Shown one piece after another: positions 11,702 to 25,800 of a stretch of 64,000 nt of DNA (the stretch's first letter is position 1; the number at the start of each line of letters is the position of its first letter). The notes beneath the pieces are model-generated. The model was not told the DNA's origin, did not search any database, and saw only the letters and a program-made list of their open reading frames with translations. Source of the stretch: Tubiluchus corallicola (lineage: Eukaryota > Animalia > Priapulida); NCBI GenBank assembly GCA_030141605.1, contig JAQGDQ010000060.1, positions 62,001 through 126,000 on the forward strand, written 5' to 3'. The position numbers and the translations under genes were made by a program.

Positions 11702-12696
11702 TATTTACTGTAGCACTTCATTGCTGTTGACGTGTCTGTTACCATTATAACTTTGGTCTAGTGAAAAATGGTAAAGGGAAAACTTCACAAGCAGTTGCAC
11801 ATGACTTTTTTGGACGGAACTTTTGTAGTTTTAGTTAAAGAATACAAAATGGTAAAACCAGAGTCAGAAACCAGAAACAAAAACATAGCTGACCATCTCT
11901 GTACTTTTCTCAGCCTTTCGCTTTAATTTTCCTATTGTGGAAACTTTAAAAACGTATTTCGTTTGAGGTTAGTGTTTAACTTGAGGAAATAACACTCTGT
12001 CAACTTCTAGTATGACCAGATGCCTGTAGCTCCCGATTGATGTATTTTATTTTACTGTAAACATTCCTAATGCATATGACAACATTTTGTAATCGCTAAC
12101 TAATACTGAAGAAAGCACTGAATTCCTCGATTAATTTGCATTAAAAGAAATGCAAAAAAACATTTAGTAGCTTAGGAAAACATTGTTAGTTTAACAATGC
12201 AAAATGCCTTCAGAACACATTGTTCTTCTAGTGTTAGATTAGAAGCTTTTGCTTTTCACAACAAAGCTAGTTTCCGTGCAATAGGCGTACAGCGCGCAGG
12301 CCGCATTGCGTCTCGTTTTGACCAGTTTACTTTTGTGATAAAGAATAATGAATGTAACGTCACGTTTTTTTTATTTTGATATAACTTTTATTATTTGCAT
12401 CTGCTGTAACATATTGGTGCTTTGGTTTATTATTATATATACATTACGCTAGTAAAAAATTTATCTGCTTAGCATCAAATGCGCATTATACATCATGTAT
12501 TTTACAGTTATTTGTTTGTACGTATAGTATACAATACGTGTATTAAAATAATAATTATGCATATTATGATTAAATGTTGTTATTAAACTTTGTAGGCAAA
12601 GTACAAAATGTATTATTATGCAAAAGTGTTTTCCATACCCCGAGTACGATTTTGGATATCTTATTGTGATTTGTTTAGCTAATGCATGTTTCCTAT

Positions 12697-12772
12697 GCAC
12701 ATCCGCTGAAGCATATCCAAAGGTGATTCCATACGCACATCTGCTGAAGCATATCCAAAGGTGATTCCATAC
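12697..12772. repeat. 38-bp tandem duplication
   Basis: GCACATC(C/T)GCTGAAGCATATCCAAAGGTGATTCCATAC x2. Confidence 0.85.
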
Positions 12773-13596
12773 CAACCCGTTCTTTCAGAATTTTTCTTTT
12801 CGTAAATTGCCATTTTATAACGTTATTCTGATGTCGTCGATGATTATTTCATTCAAAAAAGTTATTTCATCACTAGGGTTCTACCTGGGGCCTGTTCCTG
12901 GGAAGTTTTTGAATTTGTTCATTTTCGAATCACCGTAGGTGCAAATTTCAAATTTTACAACACGATGAATGACCTTAAAATAATAGTTATCTTGTGTAGT
13001 TGTTTTGTGCTGATGCCTAATATTTGCCATTCATACTTGAATCTCATTATAACGTTGGAATCTTTTAATCTAAATGACCTTTATGCAGTTGTATCTTCCA
13101 AAACGATTCATATAAAACAGAATTGTTTTACATTGTGTATAATCCATACTTGTTTTAGTTCACTCTTTTTTATTATTTATACTATTCTGTTGTTTATTTT
13201 TAGTTAGTCCTATGCACAAATAAAATTATGTTAGCCATTTGTTATTTAGTTTACCATTGGCCTGAGTGATAATGAATGTACATGTAATAGCACACACTGT
13301 TTTAATTCCTACACGCAAAGTGTAATAATGTACTAAGTTGTTAACTACAGGTATGAAAGTTTATAATACGGCTTAAGATCTGTATCGAGAATTTGTTTAA
13401 TAACTGAATGTGTTAATTTTATCCTATATTTAATTTTTTATTTTACTTTGTAAGTCTTAGGTTGTGCAGCTCATATCTGTGACTGTTATTAATGTGTATG
13501 TTTATGAGTTAAAAGTGTGTACAAAACTGTATGGAATGTGACAATTTCACATCTATTTTGAACGTAAAGGGGCCCATACACAAATAGGGTTTAGAT

Positions 13597-14136
13597 CCCC
13601 AGTTCCCAACTTTTTGGACTCCACGTACCCCTAATTTTTTTACACTATCTGCTGGTACCCCTTCACCCGCCATGAGCAAAATAGAGAACCAACACTGATG
13701 TAATGTCATGAATATTTTTATTATATATGTTATACGTATTGCTCCAATTAAGTTCACTAAATAAGAGTTCAATGAGATGGCTTCTGTTTCATAGCAGAAA
13801 CTAACTTTTTGAATTGCTGTTCACTTTTCGAGAGACTGACTCTCCTGTCTCCGCGCATGTCAAGGCGGTTTAGGGCTTTTGTCTTGATTGTCACCATCAC
13901 TGAAAAGCCCGCTTCACACAGGAAAAATTCACTGAAAGCTTTACAGTGGACAGGGGTCAAGACCTCAACCAACAACCATGAATTGTTGGCACAGTCGGTC
14001 GACAGAGATGTGTGAATCACCCGCTGATTATTATACAACACTACTTTTTAAAATTGTCTAAGAGGCTTCTCGGATACCCCTTGTGGTGTTCGCTAGTACC
14101 CTAAAGGGAACTAGTACCCCAGGTTGGAAACTAAAG
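13597..14136 (-). mobile_element. Internally deleted hAT-Charlie/Buster element retaining the transposase C-terminus
   Basis: Perfect 8-bp TSD GTTTAGAT (13589-13596 and 14137-14144) and degenerate AGTTCCCAAC TIRs. Minus-strand LCEAGFSVMVTIKTKALNRLDMRGDRRVSLS...KQKPSH* matches the C-terminal dimerization tail of Charlie/Buster transposases. Confidence 0.8.
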
Positions 14137-14880
14137 GTTTAGATTTGCGAAATCATCGCATAACTTTTTGCACGTGTTTCTTTTGTGGTGCAACTTTATC
14201 AATAGAAACATGAACTTTTATTATATCTGGGGATCTATATAATGGTTGTACTTCCGGTGATAATGGTTCTGTTCAAAATTTATCATATTGAACCAAAGCG
14301 CCCACATGACAAGCTCCAGTTGTTATTATTATAACTATTGTTTTTGCTATTTACCTGTTGCATATCCGTGTATGCGTTTTTATCTATATAGAGTACTAAG
14401 TTATGTATTGGATTAACCGCATAATTTATGCTCATTTATATCATTATATTATATTATACCCCACACTAAAGTTGTGTATAAACACTTCCCTGACTTAAGT
14501 TGTGATAAGTATGGTAGTAGTAGTGTGTTTAACAGCTCTATCACAACTCAAGTTTGGCTGGTAGGCATACTCGCATCGCGTTTATATTTTTTTAAGTGCT
14601 TGGTGTAGGAGCTTATTGCCACACCCTAAATTATTTGCACGCATAATTAGATATTATTATTATTATGCAATGTATATCTGACTTATTGCTTATATTGTTA
14701 ATTTGCGTTTATTGTGCAATGCTTATTAATGCTTTTACCATGTATGGGCAATAAAATATCTCGCTATTATAAATTGTGTTGTTACCAAATTTTATATATA
14801 GCCTAGGGTCCAGGTTTCAAAGTTGTGTGCGTGTCATGGTTTCATATTAAATACCAAATGCAGATAGTATACAATTTTGT

Positions 14881-14926
14881 GGCACCAGTTTCTTCAGAGG
14901 CGGGAGTTCGAATCCCACCACTGCCG
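14881..14926 (+). pseudogene. 3'-half tRNA-Leu relic
   Basis: GGCACCAGTTTCTTCAGAGGCGGGAGTTCGAATCCCACCACTGCCG closely resembles animal tRNA-Leu(NAG) from the anticodon loop through the long variable arm, T-arm (B-box) and acceptor strand. No 5' half was found upstream. Confidence 0.7.
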
Positions 14927-15512
14927 CTATATTTTGTGATGCCACCTCTATAACTCAGAAGACGAAAACTATCAAACTGACAGATTAAATGATATTCTAA
15001 TTAACATATCATCAGATTAAGATACGTTTCACTAGGTAACGTGTCTTTGTTTTCACAACATAGCGTCCAAGCGCCATCTATTTTTAACATTGTTAACTAG
15101 TAGAACAATATGAAGCTGTTAAGCTGCATAATTTCTGTCTGAGATCTACCAAAATAAACTTACTTTTGTGTGAAAAATGATTCCATACGCATTATCTCAT
15201 GTAAAAGGTGGCATAATAAATTAAAGAAAATTCAATTGTTTTTTCTGACAAAAGTACAATTTTTTCAGTACATAATGAATTGTATGTTGTACAGTCTGAC
15301 ATACTTTACAAACATCACATGACGACTTCACTAACGTTGCTTTTCTGTGCACATGATAATATTAACTATTTAAGCAGGCAAATACAAAAATATTTCACTG
15401 TACACGAACTATTGTCATTTCTAGCAAAATAGAATCGCGTGTTTCTGGTTATTATCATCTGAGCATTCATAATCACTAATTACCATAACGTTTCATCAAC
15501 TGCTGCGACATA

Positions 15513-16166
15513 CGACTGCAAGTAGCACAATTACCCACTTGCATTGTTTTTTAACTCGCCCCTGATGACAGACTAAAAATTGCTCAGTCACCATAGCAAC
15601 GCCAATTTTAACAATGCCCATTCGGCCAGTGTGTGCCGCAGGACAATGAACATAGTGGCTGGTGTCACAAACACCATGACAACCTATTGTTCCAGCTAAA
15701 CTGTAGCTTGCTGCTGCGTGAAATTTTACACAATTTTATTACAAATACTATTAGCACACAAAAAGTTTATGTCCAGCATTTGCATAAATAACATATTCCG
15801 GTTGAATATTTCATTAGCTATTTGAAGATGTTGGCTGTTTTTGCTTATATAGGCAAATCATTTAACTACTTGAGAAAAATTTGCCGGTACCCATGCAAAA
15901 CGCTTCATTTACAAAACAAACAGCATTAAACACTTAATAAGTGTTTAATTTACCAAAAACGCATAAAACCAAGAAATGACCTTGACACAAAAATGTGGTC
16001 TTTACAAAGCTTAAGAACCCCTCTTAATAGATCCGTTGAATGTTTTTACCTGCAAATAATCCTTGTAACAAAATTAAACAATATTGTGTAAAAAGTGAAA
16101 TTTCTCAATGGTCAGTCAGTTAATCGGGCATAACAATGAAACTTGTAATTGCACTATTTGCAATCG
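15513..16166 (+). mobile_element. Unclassified non-autonomous TIR element, family A (~655 bp)
   Basis: Imperfect TIRs of consensus CGA(C/T)TGCAA..AGTGCAATTACA; homologous copies at 18707-20429 (inverted, interrupted) and 31776-32844 (interrupted). Strand is arbitrary. Confidence 0.75.
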
Positions 16167-16618
16167 CATGATTAATTACCAGACTATAGGTGAAAAAGTT
16201 TAATGTTATGCAAGTTATAATAATTCATACGTGTAAATAAATGATTGGGTCCCTCTGACTGGATAGGAATATTTACCAGAACAGATTTTTATGTAATTAT
16301 ATAAACAAAGTGAGGCAAAGAACATTGAGACGGAAACATAAATTGTTTGTCTTTCATCAACATGAGTATATGCGGCATCATTATTCAACACATTTGTTCA
16401 GTGTCAACTACAAATGCTTTAAAAATCACAGAGCAAACTCATCTTCAAAACATCACTAAATTGTGTGCCATCACGAGTCACAGCTGCTACACTTGGCACG
16501 TAGCGACTTACACGCAATCACAGTAGACAATTAATGAACTTCTGCATTTTGAGCAATTTCAGCTGAGTGTTAATTTTTAGAATAAAAACACTGGTTTAAA
16601 ATTTATGATACAATTATA

Positions 16619-17102
16619 CAATGGCAACTTGTAGTTAAATTTAGTGGGGGTGCAGCTTCAGAAAATTTTTAGCCATTATTTTAATACTGTCTAAAACGAA
16701 ATCAACATATGTAATTTTAATGTTGTAATTTGTAATTGTAATTTTAAACAAACAAACATACGAAAATTTACACAAAATTTACACTTGATAAAATCCTGAA
16801 CAAAAAATATTTTTTGCTCATGAAGAGCCTAAATTGTCGGAGTTCAAGAATATGCCCATACGCGGCTTTTAAGCACGTGACAACTGACAACACACACACT
16901 CAAACTAAAGTGCAGTGTCTTATCTCAGGCATGTGTGCATGGCCGCATAACAGCCAAACACACCACTGTGTTGGGCTGTGAAGCAAACAGTACTACCCTC
17001 ACGTGCCTTGGACCGTACAAGTATAAAGAAAGAGCTAAAGAAAAAGGACTTATTACATTGAATATTATCGATAATATTAAGTGAAAATAGGGGGTGCTGC
17101 AG
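16619..17102. mobile_element. hAT-like non-autonomous fragment (second copy at 27589-28057)
   Basis: Shares TTAGTGGGGGTGCAGCTTCAG, AAGCACGTGACAACTGACAAC and ATTGAATATTATCGATAATATT with the 27589 copy, which starts CAGTGG. The other end is not evident. Confidence 0.65.
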
Positions 17103-17223
17103 TTCTAAGAGCTGCTACTGTAATTATATCTACCCAGAAAAATGAAGCAATTTTTATGAAATTAGTAATTATAGTGTGTGCACGTGTTGCATGCATGACA
17201 TCCACGACATTACAAATTAATTA

Positions 17224-17661
17224 CAGTGTTCCCTCATTTATCGTGGGTGTTCCGTTCCAGGCCCGCCCGCAATAAGTGGACAATTGTCTTGTGTACAATC
17301 TCACGTCGGCAAGGAGCATCTCAAGCGGGCGCAAGTACTACATTTCGTTTTTAGTGTGTATTCGTCTGCCAAATAAATGCACTATTTACTGTAAATGGTA
17401 ATTTTTTATGATTTATAATATTTTTTTAATGTTAGAATTAATATTTTTAATATATTTTTATACATTTTGTGATTTTTATGCAAAATTCATGAAATCTATA
17501 CATTACTGTACAATACGCACTACTGGTGTGCAAAAATACTTTAGACGGAGTACCGCAAAACAGTGAAAATACGGCGATAAATATTTTGCATTAATATTTT
17601 TGAAAACCCGCGAAACAGCGAGTCCGAGATAAACAAACCGCAAAGTAGCGAGAGAACACTG
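17224..17661. mobile_element. Tigger-like MITE, family T2 (second copy at 41162-41570)
   Basis: TA|CAGTGTTCCCTC...GAGAGAACACTG|TA. Confidence 0.8.
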
Positions 17662-17807
17662 TATAATTTTTCTAAAACTATAACTTCACTTCACTAACTT
17701 CAAAACTACCTAACTAGAGATATCTACTGCACCACTTTTAGTGATGATCAGATCTTTTTCTTAAAATCACCGGAACACCGTCCTGGATGATGGACAAAAC
17801 CACAAAT

Positions 17808-20800
17808 CTATTCTCCACCAAATTTTGCCATCCTTCCGTTGAGTGGGCGGGCAAGATATTTACCAGACGCAATGTATTTCTTAATGGCGGGTAGAGCCTG
17901 TAAACAATAAACAAAGGCATGTAGTCAAAAGAACTGCAATTAAGACAAACACACAGTATCACACAAGGAGCCATCAGGGATAGGGCCGTCTTAATGGGAT
18001 TATAGGCCTCCGGGCAAAGCTTTTCACTGAGACCCCTACACAAGCACTTACAGGATTAACTAGTCAATATTAAAGAAATATAATTTTATATATATATATC
18101 TAGTCTAGTTATAATTATTTAATATTGACTAGTTAATTTTATATATATATATTACATATTACATGCACGCACGCACACACACACGTGCACACACGCACGC
18201 ACACACACACACACATATATACATATTGCATTAGTACTTCCAACAAAATCAGTGTTTAAACATTGAAAAACATTCTGTATAGCAAAGATCAATCAACACA
18301 AGCATTTGAACAATATAATCATCATCTCTGTAGTCACACGTCCTCTGCCATGACTATTTCTACCACTTTAGTCTATGCGTCTATTTTTACGTTGAATTTG
18401 ATGTTCAACTCCAGGTAATTGACTATAACCACACAGGCAAAGCAAAAACACCTACCTCGAACCTAGTCATTAAATCCTGAAGGTTTTTATAATCATTTAA
18501 ACATCCGGGAACGAATTGATTGTTGACATACAGTAATTCGTAGACAACAAAATCTACAAAGTTCAAATTGTTTCCTGTAAACCAGTTGCGATCACCCAGA
18601 AAGGTGGAGAGAGGTTTGAGCTTGGACGGCAACTCCTTGATGTAATTTGCTCTCCCAGTTTCCTATAACGATATATTCCGTATAAACTATTCATTCAGAA
18701 ATCAAATGATTGCAAATAATGCAATTACAAGTTTCATTGTTGTGCCCGATTAACCAGCTGGAAATTGTTAAATTTCAGTTTTTTAACAATATTGTTTAAT
18801 TTTATTACAATGGGTATTTGCAAATAAAAACAGCCAACCGATCTATTAAGAGGGATTCTTAACCTTTGTAATGGCTACATTTTTGTGTCAAGATCATTTT
18901 TGGGTTTTGTTCGTTTTTCGGTAAATGTATTAAGGGTTTTACATTATTTTGTTTTGTAGATGAAGCGTTTTTCATGGGGTTTTTCAAGCAGTTAAATTAT
19001 TTGGCTACTTAAACAAAAACAGACAACGTACATCTTCAAATAGTTAATGAAACATCCAACCGGAATATGTTATATGTGTGCTTCCATAGCAAAATCGTTC
19101 ATAAGTCGGCAATTAAGCTTTTCTAGTTATTCACATATCCTGAATCTCCATTTCACGAGGATCATTTTGAAATCAAGCTCATCACTCTATGTTATTTCTA
19201 TGCTGAAGTAGTCCACGTTGAAGTTGAGGTGTAGGCTGCACAGTGAAAAACATAATCTTGAGAAAATCGCAATTAAAGCCAGCCATTGTTTTTTGTCGCG
19301 TCTCTGCAAAACACTTAGCAACCGTACAAATGTTGATTGCAATGGATTTTGCAAGAACACATCGAAGTTATGTTTAAATCCAGTAGATGGCTCTTTCTGA
19401 TGAGGATCTGGACTTGGCAGCACGAAAAACCCGAAGCAAAATGACAGCTTCCAAGAGCTATTATTGGAGTTTGAAAAGTAGGAGATTTTTACAATTACAG
19501 TCAGCGGCGGATTATGATTTTATGGGCCTTAGGCTTGAGCTTGGAACGGGCCTTTTAAATGTTGCTACACTGCTGAGCTGACGTGTTTTTGTGGAGCTCT
19601 CGTCGAAATTATAACTGACCCCCAGAAAAATTCGGAAACTGAAATTTTGGACTTAAACTTAAACTGTGTAAACGTGAATTGTGTAAACTTAAATTGTGTA
19701 AACTTGATTTGTGTAAACCCGATTTGAAATATAGTGACTGACTTTTGAAAAAAAACTTTTTTCTATATTTTATTTTGGCGGGCCCCTTGCTCTTTTGTCA
19801 ATTTATTTTTTTTACAAAAAAAAAATTTTTTCGTTTTATTTTGCCAGGCCCCTTTTGATCCCGGGCCTTAGGCTTCAGCCTATTCAGCCTATAGGGCTAT
19901 CCGCTACAGTACTAGTTTTTATAGAGAGAAAAGTAGGTCAGAAGTTATAAAATTAAACTTCTAGTGTTTTTTAACACTTTCTTGATAATTTCATGCTAGA
20001 ATATAAAAGTCCAATACATTTAGCTTGGTTTTTATAAAATACTTTTGAACAAATTTTTGGTGCTTTCAACTTTGAAGAATAATAACGTAGTTTTAACTAT
20101 GCCGACTTATGGACAGTTTTGGTTTGCAACCACACATATATGCAAATATAAGTCATAAACTTTTGGTGCGCTAATGATATTTTATTTGTAAAAAAATGTG
20201 TAGAATTTCATACAGCAGCAAGCCATGACCTGCTGAAACAATAGGTTGCTATGGTGTTAGTGACATGAAGCTGCTATGTTCATTGTCCTGCTGTAGTTCC
20301 TAACATCACACTGCAACAATGGGCATTGCAAAAGTTGTCGTTGCTATGGTGACTGAGCAATTTTTTGTCTGCCATCTAGGGGCGAGTTAAAAAAACAATG
20401 CAAGTGTGTAATTGCACTGCCTGCAGTCGTACGTACACCATCCTTAATTTTAAGGCGGCTACGACAATAGTGCAACAGTGAGATGATAGATAAATCGAGT
20501 CAAATCACGCGTGAAATTAGAAATTGCAACTACTTACGTAATCACCAGCAAAAGCGTACATTGCCGTGGAAACAGAACGTCGCATATCTGCGCAGACGTC
20601 TAAAACCAAATCCTGGCGAATAATCTCTTCTTCTGTTTTGCCATCTAAAAATGAACAATTAAAGAAAAAGAATTCACCAAAAATCTGCTTAAATCTAACA
20701 AAATCAACCAAAACTTATTCAGAAGGTATTTTTAAACGTGTAGCTTGCAAACCAAAACCGTCTATAAGTCGGCACAGTTAGAACTCTGTTATGATGCTTC

Positions 20801-22831
20801 AAAGTAGAATACAATAAATATTTTGTCAACTGTCTATTTTTCGTTTTTTATTAAAACAAATGCTAAATACTTTGGATTTTTATATTCTACCATCAAATTA
20901 TCAAGAAACTCTTCAAAAAGCACTAAAATTTAATTTTACAACTCCCACAACTCCTCGTTTAGAAACAAGTACTACAATTGTAAAAAAACTTGTATTTTCA
21001 AATTCTGATAGTAGGTCGTGGAAGCAATCATTCTGCTTCCGGTTTTTTCTGTTGCCAAGTCTAGATTCTCGCCAGGAAGAGCCATCTACTGGATTTAAAC
21101 ATAACTTCAATGTGCTTTTGCAAAGTCCATAGCAACCACACTTTGATACGGTTACTAAGTGTTTTGTAGACAAAAAACAATGGCTAACTTTAACTGTGAT
21201 TTTATCAAGATTATGTTTTTCAGTGTGTAGCCTGCACCTCAAATTCAACATGGATTATTTCAGCTTAGAAATAACATAGAGCGATCAGTTTAGCTTCAAA
21301 ATAGTCCACGTGAAATGGAGATTCAGGATATGTGGCGTGCAGTTGCTTGTGTTTGTGCAGTTGCTAAGTGTTTTGAATAAAAGCGACAAAAAACAATGGC
21401 TAACTTATGACTTAAACCAGGGGTGTGCAAATTGTGGCCCGCCGAGAGAATTTGTGCGGCCCGCGAAGAGATTTGTCAACCTAATGAAAGTGCGGCCAGG
21501 GCGATTAATTGAGTGTACCCAGCTAAAGTCCGTGCCACGATCCCAAAGATAGTGCGGGTAGTTTTTTTCTATTAGATCGGATGCCATTAACCCTTACAAG
21601 ACGGTTGTAGCTTAATAACACTGTACTATACAGACTGTGTGATACACATTACTAATATGCATTGTAATGAAATTACCACTATCTGTCCTGAAAGTAGAAA
21701 TATATGGTTTATAATATAAATTTTAATAACTTCTAAAATAGTTTCTTGGGTGTAATTGTAATGATGTACGCAGGTCGGATGCAAAAAAAATCGTTATTAG
21801 GTCCTACTGTACTTGGCTCCTTGATCAAACTCCCTGTGGCCCGCAGGAATTGCGGGAAAGTTTAATGTGGCCCGGCTAGTCAGATAATTTGCACACCCCT
21901 GACTTAAAAAATGACTTATAGACGATTTTGCTATGTAAGCACAAAAATGTGGTTTGATCCTATGTCAGTAAGCAACTAAGGAAGAAAATTCATTAATTTA
22001 CTTTAAAATATCTGTAAATTCATTAGTCTCATTTGCACAAATTCAGTTATTGTCCATATAACTGTTGTATAATCAATAACAAATAGTAGCACAATAAGTG
22101 ACATAACATATTCGTATTATTCAATCAAAAAAGACGTGGAATCTAAAATAACATATTTATATAGGGGTGGCTGCTCAATGACCCCTGGTCCTTCATCACC
22201 CCATCTCTATTTTGTTAATAAAATTTAGTCACTATAATTTCATAATCTTTGTACCTATTCAGAGAGACAAATAAAAATTTTGAATTTGAATTTAACAGTA
22301 AAAACTTAACACAGCTGCCCTAATCTCCGATCTACATTTATTTTAAATAGTACATTCGCAATCATGATGCTCCTTCTCCCCTCTTCACGTTTCTTTTCCT
22401 TCCCTGTCCTTCTCTCCTTTGCACCCTGTCATTTTCTCTCTTGCAGTAAGCTGATGTATATAAGTAAAGCAAAAATAATAATAATTCACGTAAATGTAAC
22501 TGAGATTTTCCTCCCTACGTTCCTCTTTCTTCCTATCACCTCTCTCTTTGTCTCACATTCTCTCTCTTCCACTATTCCTCAGTCACAATCTCTCTGCCTC
22601 CTCTCCTTTCTCTCTTGCAGCAAGCCATATTAATAAAGCAAATAAAAACATGATAATAAGTTAACATAAGTGAGCAATTTCATTTCTCCTTCCCTTCTAC
22701 CACTTCTTTCCCCAGCCTGCTCAACTCTCTACATCCCATTCTGTCTCTCCCCCTTTTCCCTCCCTCTCCCTCTTTCCCTTCGATCTTCGCTACTGTGCTT
22801 CTGGATGTACATGAGCATATCTCAGCCCCCC

Positions 22832-22891
<60 letters not shown>

Positions 22892-25800
22892 TCCCTCTCT
22901 CCCTCCCTGTTCTCCCTGTACTTCTTTCACACAGATATTTTATATGATGTATAACCAAAGATATGTTTAATCACAAATTTCAAAAAGAATGTACACGATT
23001 CATTTCCCAGAATATAATACAATCTTTTATTTACAACTAATAAAGTTATTTCTCTTGCTACAATTACACGGTTATCTGTCACGTTTATGCAAGATAAGAC
23101 TGTGCAAAGTTAGCAAATGTGATCAAAAATTGCTGTAAAATAAAACTTAATTCTACTACTATGAAAGTTTTGATTTGGAAGTTTTAAAGAGGTTAATAAC
23201 CAAGAATGAGCTGGTAGTTTACATACAGCTACAGAGGTTTACCAAGTTTGTATTTCCGAGCCAGATATCGCAGAATGGTGTTTGTCTGAGTTAGTTTCAG
23301 TTCACCATCGATAAGATAAGGCAACTACAAAAAACATCACTTGTAAACTAGCTATACGTCTATAACCACAGAACCATAGAACAATGAAGAATACAGGGCG
23401 TCTCAAAAGTTATCACACACTTTGTAACTATTTTCTTTTTAAATAATTTTTCTCCCATCCCAGCAAGTTCTTACAAGAATCGAAAAGGGCCTTCGACATT
23501 TCTTTATGTTTATTTTTCACTGGAACCGTGTTGCTATGGTGACAAAGTTGTTAGACATGCAACGTTAGAAATGCAAAATCAGCCAGGCATGAGGTCCCTC
23601 AATTGCGAATTGAAGTTCACATGTGAACCACGTTACTCTGTCATTATTAGCAATGTAGTTTTTTGCAAGGTGCAGCCCATCTTTACCATTCATGGGCTGA
23701 GGAACTTTCTCGATACAAGATGTACGACTTGTCATTGGACTGGACTGTGAAGCTCTTGAGGTCCCGGAAGAAAGCGGCAAAAATAGCAAAACCTCCTGGT
23801 GTGGTAGTTTTTTTAAGATATTCTAAAATTACTAATTTAATTTAGCTAAAATAATAAAATAACAAGATTTTAGTTAATCTGCACCAAATTCAAACATTTT
23901 GCTTTGTTTGTTAGAAAAATATAGAAAGTGTAAACTGCATAGTGACTTTTGAGACACCCTGTATATATTAAGCTGTGCCCACACCAAGTGTATTTGTGTG
24001 GCTGAGTATCTATTATGGCACCCATAAAAACACGTTTATCTTTGTGCAAAAAAACACGCACATAACAACAAAACTGCTTATTGCACAGAGACCCATACAC
24101 AAGTGGGCGACTGCTCACTGCACAGAGTCCCACATATGAATGGGCGATTGCTACTGCACAGAGTCCCAAACACAAGTGGGCGACTGCTCACTGCACAGAG
24201 TCCCACATACGAATGGGCGATTGCTAATGCACATTATGTAGTCAAGTTAATAAAAAGATTTCAGGTTATCAATCACAACCACGTTTTTTTTTGCTAAAAT
24301 TATGCTAAAATTCCTGTTTAATTTCCTATACAATTTTCCTACTTCTAATTCAAGTAGGTATAGGTTATAGTTATAGGATTTTGCGGACAGATGTTTCTTA
24401 TTTGATTATGACAAAACGGTTAGACGTTTTTCGTTGTAACAAGAGTTGGATATAAGAGAAAAAATTTTGCAAAACGAAAATCTCCATGAAGACAAATATG
24501 CTTGGTGAATGCACAGCATTAATCTGCACTATGTTAGTTACAGAAGATTAAATGCTAAAAATATTTAACAAAGAGATATAAAAATAAAATTACAGTCAAC
24601 CTCGGGTATAAGGTACTCGCTTATAAAGGACCACAAATACTGGTCCCGATTTTTCGTAACGTTTTTCCTATGTAAAAATCTTCGTATATAAGGTACTCGG
24701 ATATAAGGGACTTTCGGTTATAAGGGATGATATCTTCAGGTTCCGCGTAATAAAAACCCAGGTAAATTAAATCGCATATAAGGGACCCTATGATTAAAGC
24801 GAAATTGATCGATTTTTAACCTCAATTTTTCGCAAACTCGGCCTTAGAACAGCTCGGTTTCCGTGGTCACATACATCTCGCATCACTGAAGGCGCTTCCT
24901 ACATACAGTTTGCACTGAATGTGTAGCAATAATCCATAAAAATATGGGTGAAAGTACAGAAAAGTGCAGGTCTAGATGCACCCTCGGTCTGACTGAACTT
25001 CGGCTATTAGGGACATCGGATATAACGGACGATTTTTCCGGTCCCAAGGTGTCTCTTATATCTGAGGTCGACTGTATGACAAAGGAAGGTTTTCACCCAA
25101 AAATTATGAGCAAACCAAGTCTGATAAATGTTAAAGAACAGTAGTTTTAGAATCTAGTTGTCAGAATAATGCTGCAACTAAAGTGCTTTAATAATACGTA
25201 CATTTGGAAAATCCAGACCCAATGTGAACTTCTCATTCATCCAATGGCTGCGATCAAAATTTGGAGCTGAAAAATTAGATTTAAAACGATCGAATCACCA
25301 TCGTCAACAAATTATTGTCACTTTTACACAGTTAATACTACTTGAAAGTATTCACAATGACAAATACGCATATGCTGTCTATCACTACAATTATCCTAAT
25401 GTGCATTTTCTAAATGCCATACAAGCTTTAACTTTAAAGGAAGGTTTGGGTGAACCTTACAATGCAACCCAACAGAAGATTTGTCAACTGTACACCACTA
25501 GTTCCGAGTATATTAGTCGACATAAGCAAGTTCACGATGCAAGTTAATGCAACCCAACAGAAGATTTGCCAGCTGTTGTCATACTGTACACCGATAGTTC
25601 CGAGTACATCAGTCGACATAAGCAAGTTTACGATGCAAGTTAATGCAACCCAACTCATTTCCAGCAAGTTTCTTATATTCTACTCGCGGCGTACAGTATT
25701 CACCCAGTTTCATTCAATTGCAGCAACCCGAGTAGTGTCGCGGCTTGCGCGAACTTGTATGGCATTATCAGCTCCCTCTTTCAATTCTCAAGTGTTTTGA

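Larger units (their letters stand above)
18707..20429 (-). mobile_element. Family A TIR element (inverted) hosting nested insertions, filling most of GST-A intron 5
   Basis: Its two halves (18707-19070 and 20141-20429) rejoin to match the intact copy at 15513-16166. Confidence 0.75.

Noticed and set aside
22364-22958. ORFs rich in SL or ER repeats (also 49944-50303)
   Set aside because: Translations of (CT)n/(GA)n microsatellites.
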